Below are positions 26,300 to 40,211 of a stretch of 64,000 bases of DNA, piece by piece (positions within the stretch are counted from its first letter, which is position 1; each line of letters opens with the position of its first letter). Source of the DNA: Eledone cirrhosa (taxonomy: Eukaryota). The position numbers were made by a program, and so were the translations under genes. The DNA lies in contig OZ024741.1 in NCBI GenBank assembly GCA_964016885.1, positions 402,938,001-403,002,000 on the forward strand. Direction: 5' to 3'. The notes beneath the pieces were generated by a model. It was not told the origin of the DNA, ran no database searches, and was given only the letters and a program-made list of their open reading frames with translations.

Positions 26300-28515
26300 A
26301 CTGGTCTGATCTTGTTTGGTCTGGTTTGGTCTGGTGTGGTCTAGTGTAGTCTGGTCAGGTCTAGTCTGGTCTGGTCAGGTCTGGTCTGGTCTGGTCTAGT
26401 CTGGTCAGATCTGGTATGATCTAGTCTGGTATGATCTGGTCTGATCTGGTCTGGTCTGGTTGGGTCTAGTCTGGTCTGGTCAGGTCTGGTCTGGTCTGGT
26501 CTGGTCTGGTCTAGTCTGGTCTGGTCTGGTTTGGTCTAGTCTAGTCTGGTCTGGTCTGGTCTGGTCAGGTCTGGTCTAGTCTGATCAGCTCTGGTATGAT
26601 CTAGTCAGGTCAGGTCTGGTCTGGTCTGGTTTGGTTTGGTCTAGTCTGGTCTAGTCTGGTCAGGTCTGGTATGATCTAGTCTGGTATGATCTAGTCTGGT
26701 CTGGTTAGTCGGGTCTGGTCTGGTCTGGTCTAGTCTAGTCTGGTTGGGTCTAGTCTGGTCTGGTCGGGTCTGGTCTGGTCAGGTCTGGTCTGGTCTGGTT
26801 TGGTCTAGTCTGGTCTGGTCTGGTCTGGTCAGGTCTGGTCTAGTCTGGTCAGGTCTGGTCTGGTCTGGTCTGGTTTGGTCTGGTCGGTCTAGTATGGTCT
26901 GGTCTGGTCTGGTCTGGTCTGGTCTAGTCTGGTCTGGTTTGGTCTGGTTTGGTCTAGTCTGGTCTGGTCTGGTCTGGTCTGGTCTGGTCTGGTCTAGTCT
27001 GTCAGGTCTGGTATGATCTAGTCTGGTATGATCTAGTCTGGTCTGGTCTGGTTAGTCTGGTCTGGTCTGGTCTAGTCTGGTCTGGTCTGGTCTGATCTGG
27101 TCTGGTCTAGTCTGGTCTGGTCTGATCTGATCTGGTCTAGTCAGGTCTGGTCTGGTTTGGTCTAGTCTGGTCTGGTCTGGTCTGGTTTGGTCTGGTCTGG
27201 CCTGGTCTGATCTGGTCTGGTCTGGTCGGTCTAGTCTGGTCTGGTCTGGTCTGGTCTGGTCTGGTTGGTCTAGTATGGTCTGGTCTGGTCTAGTCTGGTC
27301 TGGTCTGGTCTGGTCTAGCTGGTCTGGTCTGGTCTGGTCTGGTTTGGTCTGGTCTAGTCTGGTATGGTCTGGTCTGGTTTAGTCTAGTCTGGTATGATCT
27401 AGTCTGGCCTGGTCTGCTCAGGTCTAGTCTGGTCTGGTCTGATCTGGTCTGGTCTAGTCAGGTCTGGTCTGGTTTGGTCTAGTCTGGTCTGGTCTGGTCT
27501 GGTTTGGTCTGGTCTGGCCTCGTCTGATCTGGCCTCGTCTAGTCTGGTCTGGTCTGGTTTGGTCTGGTCTGGTCTGGTCTGCTCAGGTCTGGTCTGGTTT
27601 GGTCTGGTCTGGTCTGGCCTGGTTTGCTCAGGTCTGGTCTGGTCTGGTTTAGTCTAGTCTGGTATGATCTAGTCTGGCCTGGTCTGCTCAGGTCTGGTCT
27701 GGTTTGGTCTGGTCTGGTCTGGCCTGGTCTGCTCAGGTCTGGTCTGGTCTGATTTGGTCTAGTCTGGTATGATCTAGTCTGGTCTGGTCTGGTCTGCTCA
27801 GGTCCGGTCTGGTTTGGTCTGGTCTGGTCTGGCCTGGTCTGGTCTGGCCTGGTCTGCTCAGGTCTGGTCTGGTCTGGTTTGGTCTAGTCTGGTATGATCT
27901 TGTCTGGTCTAGTCTGGTCTGGTCTGGTTTGGTCTGGTTTGGTTTGGTTTGGTCTAGTCTGTTATGATCTAGTCTGGTCTGGTCTAGTCTTGTTTGATCT
28001 GGTCTGGTCTGGACTGGACTGGACTGGTCTGGTTTGGTCTGGTTTTATCTGGTCTGGTCTGGTCTGGTCTGCTCAGTTCTGGTCTGGTCTGGTTTGGTTT
28101 GGTCTAGTCTGGTATGATCTAGTCTAGTCTGGTCTGGTCTAGTCTGGTCTGGTCTGGTTTGGTCTGGTCTAGTCTGGTCTGGTCTGATCTGGTCTGGTCA
28201 GGTCTGGTATGATCTAGTCTGGTATGATCTAGTCTGGTCTGGTCTAGTCTGGTCTGGTCTGGTCTGGTTTGGTCAGGTCTGGTCTGGTCTGGTTTGGTCT
28301 AGTCTGCTATGATCTAGCCTGGTCTGGTCTAGTCTTGTCTGATCTGGTCTGGTCTGGTTTGGTCAGGTCTGGTCTGGTCTGGTTTGGTCTAGTCTGGTAT
28401 GATCTAGCCTGGTCTGGTCTAGTCTTGTCTGATCTGATCTGGTCTGGTTTGGTCTGGTCTGGTCTGATCTGGTCTAGACTGGTCTGGTCTAGTCTGGTCT
28501 GGTCTGGTCTGGTCT
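26300..28515. repeat. (GGTCT)n pentanucleotide satellite with AGTCT/GGTTT/GATCT variants
   Basis: Direct inspection; the GLVWS ORFs are artefacts of the 5-mer. Confidence 0.97.
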
Positions 28516-28732
28516 CGTTCACTGAGACATGACCTTATATAGGAGAAAGTTATATCGCTTGTTGCCACCATTTCCCCATTGTGTCCATGTCCGTAGCCAA
28601 GAGAGATAACTCTTGACTGTTACTGTTCAGGTAACCTTAGATCCTGCAGCATATATATATCATCACTTTTTAACATCCATTTTTTCCACACTAGCATGGG
28701 TTAGGCGATATATCTATATATATATATTATAA

Positions 28733-28937
28733 ATTTCTGATTGGTTGGTTCAATAACTGGATGGTTGTTTATATATTGTCAAAACTCTTTCGTCACACAC
28801 TCTGTATCCTCCTCAATGACTGGTTTCTTATTTTGAGTCTCTCCTTTGATCTGTCCTACACCATCTTGTTTTTGTGAAAACCAACAAGTGTGTGTTTTTA
28901 TTGGCAGCATGACCCTCCCAAAGTATAAATATGTGCG

Positions 28938-29002
<65 letters not shown>

Positions 29003-29330
29003 ATATATGTAGTTTTTTGTATTTGTTTTCCAAGATTTCTTATCTGAAAATGTGTATTGAAACAGATATTGTTATACTTTGGGAGGGTCATTTCCAGTTG
29101 GTTGGTTTAATAACCAGATGGTGTAGGACAGAAGAAAGGAGAGACACAAAACAACAGATTAGTCACCGGGGATGTCACAGAATGAGTGATGAAAAAGCTT
29201 TGACAATAAGCAAATAAATAACCATCCAGTTACTAAACTAACCAACTGGAAGTTTATAATTAATTGAATTGAAAACCAACAGGTGCATGTGTTTTTATTG
29301 GCAGCATGGCCTGCCCAAAGTATAATATAT
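28733..29330. mobile_element. Diverged fold-back stub of Penelope-like pseudo-LTR sequence with degenerate hammerhead motifs
   Basis: 28733-28868 is an imperfect inverted copy of ~29112-29257. GAAACAGATATTGTTATACTT.GGGAGGGTCA at ~29059 is shared with 61867-61898, just upstream of the Penelope-like ORF. Degenerate CTGANGA..GAAA cores at ~29044 and ~29166. Confidence 0.55.
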
Positions 29331-29409
<79 letters not shown>

Positions 29410-29433
29410 CACATGATATATATATACATACAC

Positions 29434-29613
29434 ATGATGGTGTTGTTGATGGTGTTGATGATGATGATGATGTTGATGATGAGGGTGATGATGGTGGTGG
29501 TGATGGTGATGGTGATAATGATGATGTTGATGATGATAATTATGATGATGATGATGATGATGGTGGTGATGGTGATAATGATGATGTTGATGATGATAAT
29601 TATGATGATAATT

Positions 29614-29667
<54 letters not shown>

Positions 29668-29675
29668 GTGGTGTG

Positions 29676-29737
<62 letters not shown>

Positions 29738-29915
29738 GTGGTGATGTTGATGATGATAATTATGATGATGATGATGGTTATGATGATGGTGATGATGGTG
29801 ATAATGATGATGTTGATGATAATAATTATGATGATGATGATGGTTATGATGATGATGATAATGATGTTGATGATGATAATTATGATGATGATGATGGTTT
29901 TGATGATGTTGATGG
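29434..29915. repeat. Imperfect (GAT)n microsatellite
   Basis: Direct inspection; source of the poly-D/M/H/I ORFs. Confidence 0.97.
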
Positions 29916-30229
29916 TGTCCACAATGTAATGCCAGTCACAAAATATAAACATCCTGATAGTGTATCTCCTTGGTACATTATCAACTCAATCAATCTATAT
30001 GTTCTCGTTAAGATAACGAACCACATTCCATCTATCTGTCATGAAATTTTAATCAGGTTTTCATAAGATATTCACAAATGATGGACACCCTATACTGAGA
30101 GAGATTTGTTTCTCATTTGTTCAACACTATAGAGACTAACACTTAAAACTGACACTATTGTGTTCTTTCGAATTCTTTGATACATTGTTATATAAATTCC
30201 ATTGTATATGAGGATGTGCAATGTTTATG

Positions 30230-30231
<2 letters not shown>

Positions 30232-30270
<39 letters not shown>

Positions 30271-30446
30271 TATCATTTTACGTCCGCTTTCCCCTGCGTG
30301 CATGGGTGGGACAGGTCCTATTCAGCACAGCATCTCTCCACTTGTCACAGCCCTTCGTCATCACCTCTGTGAGTTTCAGCGATATGAGGTCTGCTCTCAC
30401 CACCTCCGCCCATGTTTTTTGTGGTCTTCCTCTACTGCATCTTCCT
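30232..30446 (-). mobile_element. RTE LINE 3' end with (CAT)n tail
   Basis: TTTTACGTCCGCTTTCCCCTGCGTGCATGGG terminus. The reverse frame encodes RGRPQKTWAEVVRADL, homologous to GRPKKTWDEVIKADL in the RTE ORF at 42890-43420. Confidence 0.75.
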
Positions 30447-30890
30447 TCAGTTCATCCGTGCCTTGTCCTTCATGCACATTGCATGAATGCATGGCCCCAT
30501 AAGTCTTGCGTCCATGTAGGCAGCAAATTGGTAAAGTCATTGGAACGTTGGATAGAATATTTTGAGGTATTCATTTCACTTCTTTGCTCTCTGAGTTCAA
30601 ATCTTGCAGAGGTCAACTTTGCTTTTCATCCATTCCAATTCAATAAAAAATGTACCAGTCTAGTACTGAGGTGAATTCTTCCTCTATATCTCTTTTCACT
30701 TCCAGTCTCTCACTTTCTATTATTCTCTGGAAGAAATCTGCTGTGTTCAGACCTGGAGAGGGATGGGCTCTGTCAGGTTTAACAGAAAATGCCCTAGAAT
30801 CACTATATTAATACAGTACCCCAATACTCAAGAGTTATGGTACCATGCATTCATGCAATGTGCATGAAGGACAAGGCACGGATGAACTGA
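30447..30890. repeat. Perfect 48-bp inverted repeat (30447-30494 / 30843-30890) enclosing a SINE
   Basis: TCAGTTCATCCGTGCCTTGTCCTTCATGCACATTGCATGAATGCATGG and its exact reverse complement. Confidence 0.95.
30518..30675 (+). mobile_element. Degenerate SINE family 1 copy
   Basis: CTGAGTTCAAATCTTGCAGAGGTCAACTTTGCTTTTCATCC..AATAAAAAATGTACCAG. Confidence 0.75.
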
Positions 30891-31115
30891 GGGAAGAAAT
30901 TGGTTATAAGAAGAATCAGAAGGACAAGTGGAGAAATGCTTTACTGAGAAGGACGTGTCCAACCCATGCAAGCATGGAACAATGGATGTAAAATGATGAT
31001 GCTGATGATGATGTCAATTATGACGATGATGATGATGATGGTGATGATGACGATGAAGATGATGATGATGATGATGATGACGATGACGATGATGATGATG
31101 ATGATGATGATGATG
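30891..31115 (+). mobile_element. RTE LINE 3' end with (GAT)n tail
   Basis: GTCCAACCCATGCAAGCATGGAACAATGGATGTAAAATGATGATG terminus. Confidence 0.7.
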
Positions 31116-31150
31116 AAATAGATAATGGATGTTTGTTTATATAGTTTCAG

Positions 31151-31206
31151 GTCAGTCAACTAATAAACCTGCAGCTGCAGAAGAAACAAGCAACAGAAGA
31201 CATCAA
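31151..31206 (+). CDS. Candidate 56-nt exon ((G)QSTNKPAAAEETSNRRHQ)
   Basis: Acceptor TTTCAG (AG 31149-50), donor CAA|GTAAAT. Open in the phase left by exon 21963-22129 and ends in phase 0. Confidence 0.42.
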
Positions 31207-31259
31207 GTAAATATATTTCTTTGATCAGATATTTATTGCCACGTGGAAACTTTTCAAAT

Positions 31260-34200
31260 GATCTGTCACACCTAAGCCAGGCTCACTTAGTGTTCAAGTG
31301 ATGTCACACCTGAGTCAGGCTAACTCCACTGTCAAGTGATACTGTTTAAATTATCTGTCACACCGGAGTCAGGCAAACTCCACTGTCATGTGATACTGTT
31401 TAAATTATCTGTCACACCTGAGTCAGGCTAACTCCACTGTCATGTGATACTGTTTACATTATCTGTCACACCTGAGTCAGGCTAACTCTACTGTCATGTG
31501 ATACTGTTTAAATTATCTGTCACACCTGAGTCAGGCTAACTACACTATCATGTGACACTGTTTAAACTATGTCACTCGTGAGCCAGGCTAACTCCACTGT
31601 CATGTGATACTGTTTAAACTATGTCACACCTGAGCCAGGCTAACTCCACTGTCATGTGATACTGTTTAAACTATGTCACACCTGAGCCAGGCTAACTCCA
31701 CTGTCATGTGACACTGTTTAAACTATGTCACTCGTGAGCCAGGCTAACTCCACTGTCATGTGATACTGTTTAAACTATGTCACACCTGAGTCAAGCTAAC
31801 TCCACTGTCATGTGATACTGTTTAAACTATGTCACACCTGAGCCAGGATAACTCCACTGTCATGTGATACTGTTTAAACTATGTCACACCTGAGCCAGGC
31901 TAACTCCACTGTCATGTGATACTGTTTAAACTATGTCACACCTGAGCCAGGCTAACTCCACTGTCATGTGATACGGTTTAAACTATGTCACACCTGAGCC
32001 AGGCTAACTCCACTGTCATGTGATACTGTTTAACCTATGTCACACCTGAGCCAGGCTAACTCCACTGTCATGTGATACTGTTTAAACTATGTCACACCTG
32101 AGCCAGGCTAACTCCACTGTCATGTGATACTGTTTAAACTATGTCACATCTGAGTCAAGCTAACTCCACTGTCATGTGATACTGTTTAAACTATGTCACA
32201 CCTGAGCCAGGCTAACTCCACTGTCATGTGATACTGTTTAAACTATGTCACACCTGAGCCAGGCTAACTCCACTGTCTTGTGACACTGTTTCAACTATGT
32301 CACACCTGAGTCAAGCTAACTCCACTGTCTTGTGACACTGTTTCAACTATGTCACACCTGAGTCAAGCTAACTCCACTGTCATGTGACACTGTTTCAACT
32401 ATGTCACACCTGAGTAAAGCTAACTCCACTGACTTGTGACACTGTTTCAACTATGTCACACCTGAGTCAAGCTAACTCCACTGTCATGTGACACTGTTTC
32501 AACTATGTCACACCTGAGTCAAGCTAACTCCAGTGTCATGTGACACTGTTTCAACTATGTCACACCTGAGTCAAGCTAACTCCACTGTCATGTGACACTG
32601 TTTCAACTATGTCACATCTGAGTCAAGCTAACTCCACTGTCATGTGATACTGTTTAAACTATGTCACACCTGAGTCAAGCTAACTCCACTGTCATGTGAT
32701 ATTGTTTAAACTATGTCACACCTGAGCCAGGCTAACTCCACTGTCATGTGAGACTGTTTAAACTATGTCACACCTGAGCCAGGCTAACTCCACTGTCATG
32801 TGATACTGTTTCAACTATGTCACACCTGAGTCAAGCTAACTCCACTGTCATGTGATATTGTTTAAACTATGTCACACCTGAGTCAGGCTAACTCCACTGT
32901 CATGTGATATTGTTTAAACTATGTCACACCTGAGCCAGGCTAACTCCACTGTCATGTGATACTGTTTAAACTATGTCACACCTGAGTCAAGCTAACTCCA
33001 CTGTCATGTGATATTGTTTAAACTATGTCACACCTGAGCCAGGCTAACTCCACTGTCATGTGACACTGTTTCAACTATGTCACACCTGAGTCAAGCTAAC
33101 TCCACTGTCATGTGATATTGTTTAAACTATGTCACACCTGAGCCAGGCTAACTCCACTGTCATGTGATACTGTTTAAACTATGTCACACCTGAGCCAGGC
33201 TAACTCCACTGTCATGTGACACTGTTTCAACTATGTCACACCTGAGTCAAGCTAACTCCACTGTCATGTGATATTGTTTAAACTATGTCACACCTGAGCC
33301 AGGCTAACTCCACTGTCATGTGATACTGTTTAAACTATGTCACACCTGAGCCAGGCTAACTCCACTGTCATGTGACACTGTTTCAACTATGTCACACCTG
33401 AGTCAAGCTAACTCCACTGTCATGTGATACTGTTTAAACTATGTCACACCTGAGCCAGGCTAACTCCACTGTCATGTGACACTGTTTCAACTATGTCACA
33501 CCTGAGTCAAGCTAACTCCACTGTCATGTGATACTGTTTAAACTATGTCACACCTGAGTCAAGCTAACTCCACTGTCATGTGATACTGTTTAAACTATGT
33601 CACACCTGAGTCAAGCTAACTCCACTGTCATGTGATATTGTTTAAACTATGTCACACCTGAGCCAGGCTAACTACACTGTCATGTGATACTGTTTAAACT
33701 ATGTCACACCTGAGCCAGGCTAACTCCACTGTCATGTGATACTGTTTAAACTATGTCACACCTGAGCCAGGCTAACTCCACTGTCATGTGATACTGTCTA
33801 AACTATGTCACACCTGAGTCAAGCTAACTCCACTGTCATGTGATACTGTTTAAACTATGTCACACCTGAGTCAAGCTAACTCCACTGTCATGTGACACTG
33901 TTTCAACTATGTCACACCTGAGTCAAGCTAACTCCACTGTCTTGTGACACTGTTTCAACTATGTCACACCTGAGTCAAGCTAACTCCACTGTCATGTGAC
34001 ACTGTTTCAACTATGTCACACCTGAGTCAAGCTAACTCCACTGTCTTGTGACACTGTTTAAACTATGTCACACCTGAGCCAGGCTAACTCCACTGTCATG
34101 TGACACTGTTTCAACTATGTCACACCTGAGTCAAGCTAACTCCACTGTCTTGTGACACTGTTTAAACTATGTCACACCTGAGTCAAGCTAACTCCACTGT

Positions 34201-37200
34201 CATGTGACACTGTTTCAACTATGTCACACCTGAGTCAAGCTAACTCCACTGACTTGTGACACTGTTTCAACTATGTCACACCTGAGTCAAGCTAACTCCA
34301 CTGTCATGTGACACTGTTTCAACTATGTCACACCTGAGTCAAGCTAACTCCACTGTCATGTGACACTGTTTCAACTATGTCACACCTGAGTCAAGCTAAC
34401 TCCACTGTCATGTGACACTGTTTCAACTATGTCACACCTGAGTCAAGCTAGCTCCACTGTCATGTGACACTGTTTCAACTATGTCACATCTGAGTCAAGC
34501 TAACTCCACTGTCATGTGATACTGTTTAAACTAGGTCACACCTGAGTCAAGCTAACTCCACTGTCATGTGATATTGTTTAAATTATGTCACACCTGAGCC
34601 AGGCTAACTACACTGTCATGTGACACTGTTTCAACTATGTCACACCTGAGCCAGGCTAACTCCACTGTCATGTGATACTGTTTAAACTATGTCACACCTG
34701 AGCCAGGCTAACTCCACTGTCATGTGAGACTGTTTAAACTATGTCACACCTGAGCCAGGCTAACTCCACTGTCATGTGATATTGTTTCAACTATGTCACA
34801 CCTGAGCCAGGCTAACTCCACTGTCATGTGATACTGTTTAAACTATGTCACACCTGAGCCAGGCTAACTCCACTGTCATGTGATACTGTTTAAACTATGT
34901 CACACCTGAGCCAGGCTAACTCCACTGTCATGTGATACTGTTTAAACTATGTCACACCTGAGCCAGGCTAACTCCACTGTCATGTGATACTGTTTAAACT
35001 ATGTCACACCTGAGCCAGGCTAACTCCACTGTCATGTGACACTGTTTCAACTATGTCACACCTGAGCCAGGCTAACTCCACTGTCTTGTGACACTGTTTG
35101 AACTATGTCACACCTGAGTCAAGCTAACTCCACTGTCATGTGACACTGTTTCAACTATGTCACACCTGAGCCAGGCTAACTCCATTGTCATATGATACTA
35201 TTTAAACTATGTCACACCCGAGCCAGGCTAACTCCACTGTCTTGTGACACTGTTTAAACTTTGTCACACCTGAGTCAAGCTAACTCCACTGTCATGTGAT
35301 ACTGTTTAAACTATGTCACACCTGAGCCAGGCTAACTCCACTGTCATGTGAGACTGTTTAAACTATGTCACACCTGAGTCAAGCTAACTCCACTGTCATG
35401 TGAGACTGTTTAAACTTTGTCACACCTGAGCCAGGCTAACTCCACTGTCATGTGATACTGTTTAAACTATGTCACACCTGAGTCAAGCTAACTCCACTGT
35501 CATGTGATATTGTTTAAACTATGTCACACCTGAGTCAAGCTAACTCCACTGTCATATGATACTATTTAAACTATGTCACACCTGAGCCAGGCTAACTCCA
35601 CTGTCATGTGACACTGTTTAAACTATGTCACACCTGAGCCAGGCTAACTCCACTGTCATATGATACTGTTTAAACTATGTCACACCTGAGCCAGGCTAAC
35701 TCCACTGTCATGTGATACTGTTTAAACTATGTCACACCTGAGCCAGGCTAACTCCACTGTCATGTGATACTGTTTAAACTATGTCACACCTGAGCCAGGC
35801 TAACTCCACTGTCATGTGACACTGTTTAAACTATGTCACACCTGAGCCAGGCTAACTCCACTGTCATATGATACTGTTTAAACTATGTCACACCTGAGCC
35901 AGGCTAACTCCACTGTCATGTGATACTGTTTAAACTATGTCACACCTGAGCCAGGCTAACTCCACTGTCATGTGATACTGTTTAAACTATGTCACACCTG
36001 AGCCAGGCTAACTCCACTGTCATGTGACACTGTTTAAACTATGTAACACCTGAGCCAGGCTAACTCCACTGTCATGTGATACTGTTTAAACTATGTCACA
36101 CCTGAGCCAGGCTAACTCCACTGTCATGTGATACTGTTTAAACTATGTCACACCTGAGCCAGGCTAACTCCACTGTCATGTGATACTGTTTAAACTATGT
36201 CACACCTGAGCCAGGCTAACTCCACTGTCATGTGACACTGTTTAAACTATGTCACACCTGAGCCAGGCTAACTCCACTGTCATGTGATATTGTTTAAACT
36301 ATGTAACACCTGAGCCAGGCTAACTCCACTGTCATATGATACTGTTTAAACTATGTCACACCTGAGCCAGGCTAACTCCACTGTCATGTGACACTGTTTA
36401 AACTATGTAACACCTGAGCCAGGCTAACTCCACTGTCATGTGATACTGTTTAAACTATGTCACACCTGAGCCAGGCTAACTCCACTGTCATGTGATACTG
36501 TTTAAACTATGTCACACCTGAGCCAGGCTAACTCCACTGTCATGTGATACTGTTTAAACTATGTCACACCTGAGCCAGGCTAACTCCACTGTCATGTGAC
36601 ACTGTTTAAACTATGTCACACCTGAGCCAGGCTAACTCCACTGTCATGTGATATTGTTTAAACTATGTCACACCTGAGCCAGGCTAACTCCACTGTCATG
36701 TGATACTGTTTAAACTATGTCACACCTGAGCCAGGCTAACTCCACTGTCATGTGATACTGTTTAAACTATGTCACACCTGAGTCAAGCTAACTCCACTGT
36801 CATGTGATACTGTTTCAACTATGTCACATCTGAGTCAAGCTAACTCCACTGTCATGTGATACTGTTTAAACTTTGTCACACCTGAGTCAAGCTAACTCCA
36901 CTGTCATATGATACTGTTTAAACTATGTCACACCTGAGCCAGGCTAACTCCACTGTCATGTGACACTGTTTCAACTATGTCACACCTGAGTCAAGCTAAC
37001 TCCACTGTCTTGTGACACTGTTTAAACTATGTCACACCTGAGTCAAGCTAACTCCACTGTCATGTGACACTGTTTGAACTATGTCACACCTGAGTCAAGC
37101 TAACTCCACTGTCATGTGATATTGTTTAAACTATGTCACACCTGAGCCAGGCTAACTACACTGTCATGTGATACTGTTTAAACTATGTCACACCTGAGCC

Positions 37201-40040
37201 AGGCTAACTCCATTGTCATGTGATACTGTTTAAACTTTGTCACACCTGAGTCAAGCTAACTCCACTGTCATATGATACTGTTTAAACTATGTCACACCTG
37301 AGCCAGGCTAACTCCACTGTCATGTGACACTGTTTCAACTATGTCACACCTGAGTCAAGCTAACTCCACTGTCTTGTGACACTGTTTAAACTATGTCACA
37401 CCTGAGTCAAGCTAACTCCACTGTCATGTGACACTGTTTCAACTATGTCACACCTGAGTCAAGCTAACTCCACTGACTTGTGACACTGTTTCAACTATGT
37501 CACACCTGAGTCAAGCTAACTCCACTGTCATGTGACACTGTTTCAACTATGTCACACCTGAGTCAAGCTAACCTCACTGTCATGTGACACTGTTTCAACT
37601 ATGTCACACCTGAGTCAAGCTAACTCCACTGTCATGTGACACTGTTTCAACTATGTCACACCTGAGTCAAGCTAACTCCACTGTCATGTGACACTGTTTC
37701 AACTATGTCACATCTGAGTCAAGCTAACTCCACTGTCATGTGATACTGTTTAAACTATGTCACACCTGAGTCAAGCTAACTCCACTGTCATGTGATATTG
37801 TTTAAACTATGTCACACCTGAGCCAGGCTAACTCCACTGTCATGTGATACTGTTTAAACTATGTCACACCTGAGCCAGGCTAACTCCACTGTCATATGAT
37901 ACTGTTTAAACTATGTCACACCTGAGCCAGGCTAACTCCACTGTCATGTGATACTGTTTAAACTATGTCACACCTGAGTCAAGCTAACTACACTGTCATG
38001 TGAGACTGTTTAAACTATGTCACACCTGAGCCAGGCTAACTCCACTGTCATGTGATACTGTTTAAACTATGTCACACCTGAGTCAAGCTAACTCCACTGT
38101 CATGTGATATTGTTTAAACTATGTCACACCTGAGCCAGGCTAACTCCACTGTCATGTGATACTGTTTAAACTATGTCACACCTGAGTCAAGCTAACTACA
38201 CTGTCATGTGAGACTGTTTAAACTATGTCACACCTGAGCCAGGCTAACTCCACTGTCATGTGATACTGTTTAAACTATGTCACACCTGAGTCAAGCTAAC
38301 TCCACTGTCATGTGATATTGTTTAAACTATGTCACACCTGAGCCAGGCTAACTCCACTGTCATGTGATACTGTTTAAACTATGTCACACCTGAGCCAGGC
38401 TAACTCCACTGTCATGTGATACTGTTTAAACTATGTCACACCTGAGTCAAGCTAACTCCACTGTCATGTGATACTGTTTAAACTATGTCACACCTGAGCC
38501 AGGCTAACTCCACTGTCATGTGACACTGTTTCAACTATGTCACACCTGAGTCAGGCTAACTCCACTGTCATGTGATATTGTTTAAACTATGTCACACCTG
38601 AGCCAGGCTAACTCCACTGTCATGTGACACTGTTTCAACTATGTCACACCTGAGTCAAGCTAACTCCACTGTCATGTGACACTGTTTCAACTATGTCACA
38701 CCTGAGTCAAGCTAACTCCACTGTCATGTGACACTGTTTCAACTATGTCACACCTGAGTCAAGCTAACTCCACTGTCATGTGATATTGTTTAAACTATGT
38801 CACACCTGAGTCAAGCTAACTCCACTGTCATGTGACACTGTTTCAACTATGTCACACCTGAGTCAAGCTAACTCCACTGTCATGTGACACTGTTTCAACT
38901 ATGTCACACCTGAGTCAAGCTAACTCCACTGTCATGTGACACTGTTTCAACTATGTCACACCTGAGTCAAGCTAACTCCACTGTCATATGATACTATTTA
39001 AACTATGTCACACCTGAGCTAGGCTAACTCCACTGTCATATGATACTGTTTAAACTATGTCACACCTGAGCCAGGCTAACTCCACTGTCATATGATACTG
39101 TTTAAACTATGTCACACCTGAGCCAGGCTAACTCCACTGTCATATGATACTGTTTAAACTATGTCACACCTGAGCCAGGCTAACTCCACTGTCATGTGAT
39201 ACTGTTTAAACTATGTCACACCTGAGCCAGGCTAACTCCACTGTCATATGATACTGTTTCAACTATGTCACACCTGAGTCAAGCTAACTCCACTGTCTTG
39301 TGACACTGTTTAAACTATGTCACACCTGAGCCAGGCTAACTCCACTGTCATGTGACACTGTTTCAACTATGTCACACCTGAGTCAAGCTAACTCCACTGT
39401 CTTGTGACACTGTTTAAACTATGTCACACCTGAGTCAAGCTAACTCCACTGTCATGTGACACTGTTTCAACTATGTCACACCTGAGTCAAGCTAACTCCA
39501 CTGTCTTGTGACACTGTTTCAACTATGTCACACCTGAGTCAAGCTAACTACACTGTCATGTGATACTGTTTAAACTATGTCACACCTGAGTCAAGCTAAC
39601 TCCACTGTCATGTGACACTGTTTCAACTATGTCACACCTGAGTCAAGCTAACTCCACTGTCTTGTGACACTGTTTCAACTATGTCACACCTGAGTCAAGC
39701 TAACTACACTGTCATGTGATACTGTTTAAACTATGTCACACCTGAGTCAAGCTAACTACACTGTCATGTGACACTGTTTCAACTATGTCACACCTGAGTC
39801 AAGCTAACTCCACTGTCTTGTGACACTGTTTCAACTATGTCACACCTGAGTCAAGCTAACTCCACTGTCTTGTGACACTGTTTAAACTATGTCACACCTG
39901 AGTCAAGCTAACTCCACTGTCATGTGACACTGTTTCAACTATGTCACACCTGAGTCAAGCTAACTCCACTGTCATGTGACACTGTTTCAACTATGTCACA
40001 CCTGAGTCAAGCTAACTCCACTGTCATGTGACACTGTTCA
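31260..40040 (+). repeat. 52-bp tandem satellite (~169 monomers), consensus TGTCACACCTGAG(CCAG/TCAA)GCTAACTCCACTGTCATGTGA(T/C)ACTGTTT(A/C)AACTA
   Basis: Period 52 (e.g. CATGTGAT at 31861 and 31913; register recurs every 780 nt = 15 x 52); first monomers are 54 bp and more diverged. Confidence 0.98.
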
Positions 40041-40211
40041 AATATTTCTTAGGTATTTAACTGCCCTTGATGTCACCATTGTTTAACCCCAGGTTGGCCC
40101 TGGTTATGCAGACCTTTTGATCAATGCGATTCTACCCATGACCAACCCTTCATTTCAAGGATAATTTTCTCATACTATATTCTTCAACATATCCTCCATT
40201 TTATATATAAT

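Noticed and set aside
26744-30066. GLVWS-repeat and poly-D/M/H/I ORFs
   Set aside because: Translations of (GGTCT)n and (GAT)n microsatellites
30704-30776. Possible exon SLTFYYSLEEICCVQTWRGMGSV
   Set aside because: Weak donor (GTTTAA) and phase incompatible with the neighbouring candidate exons
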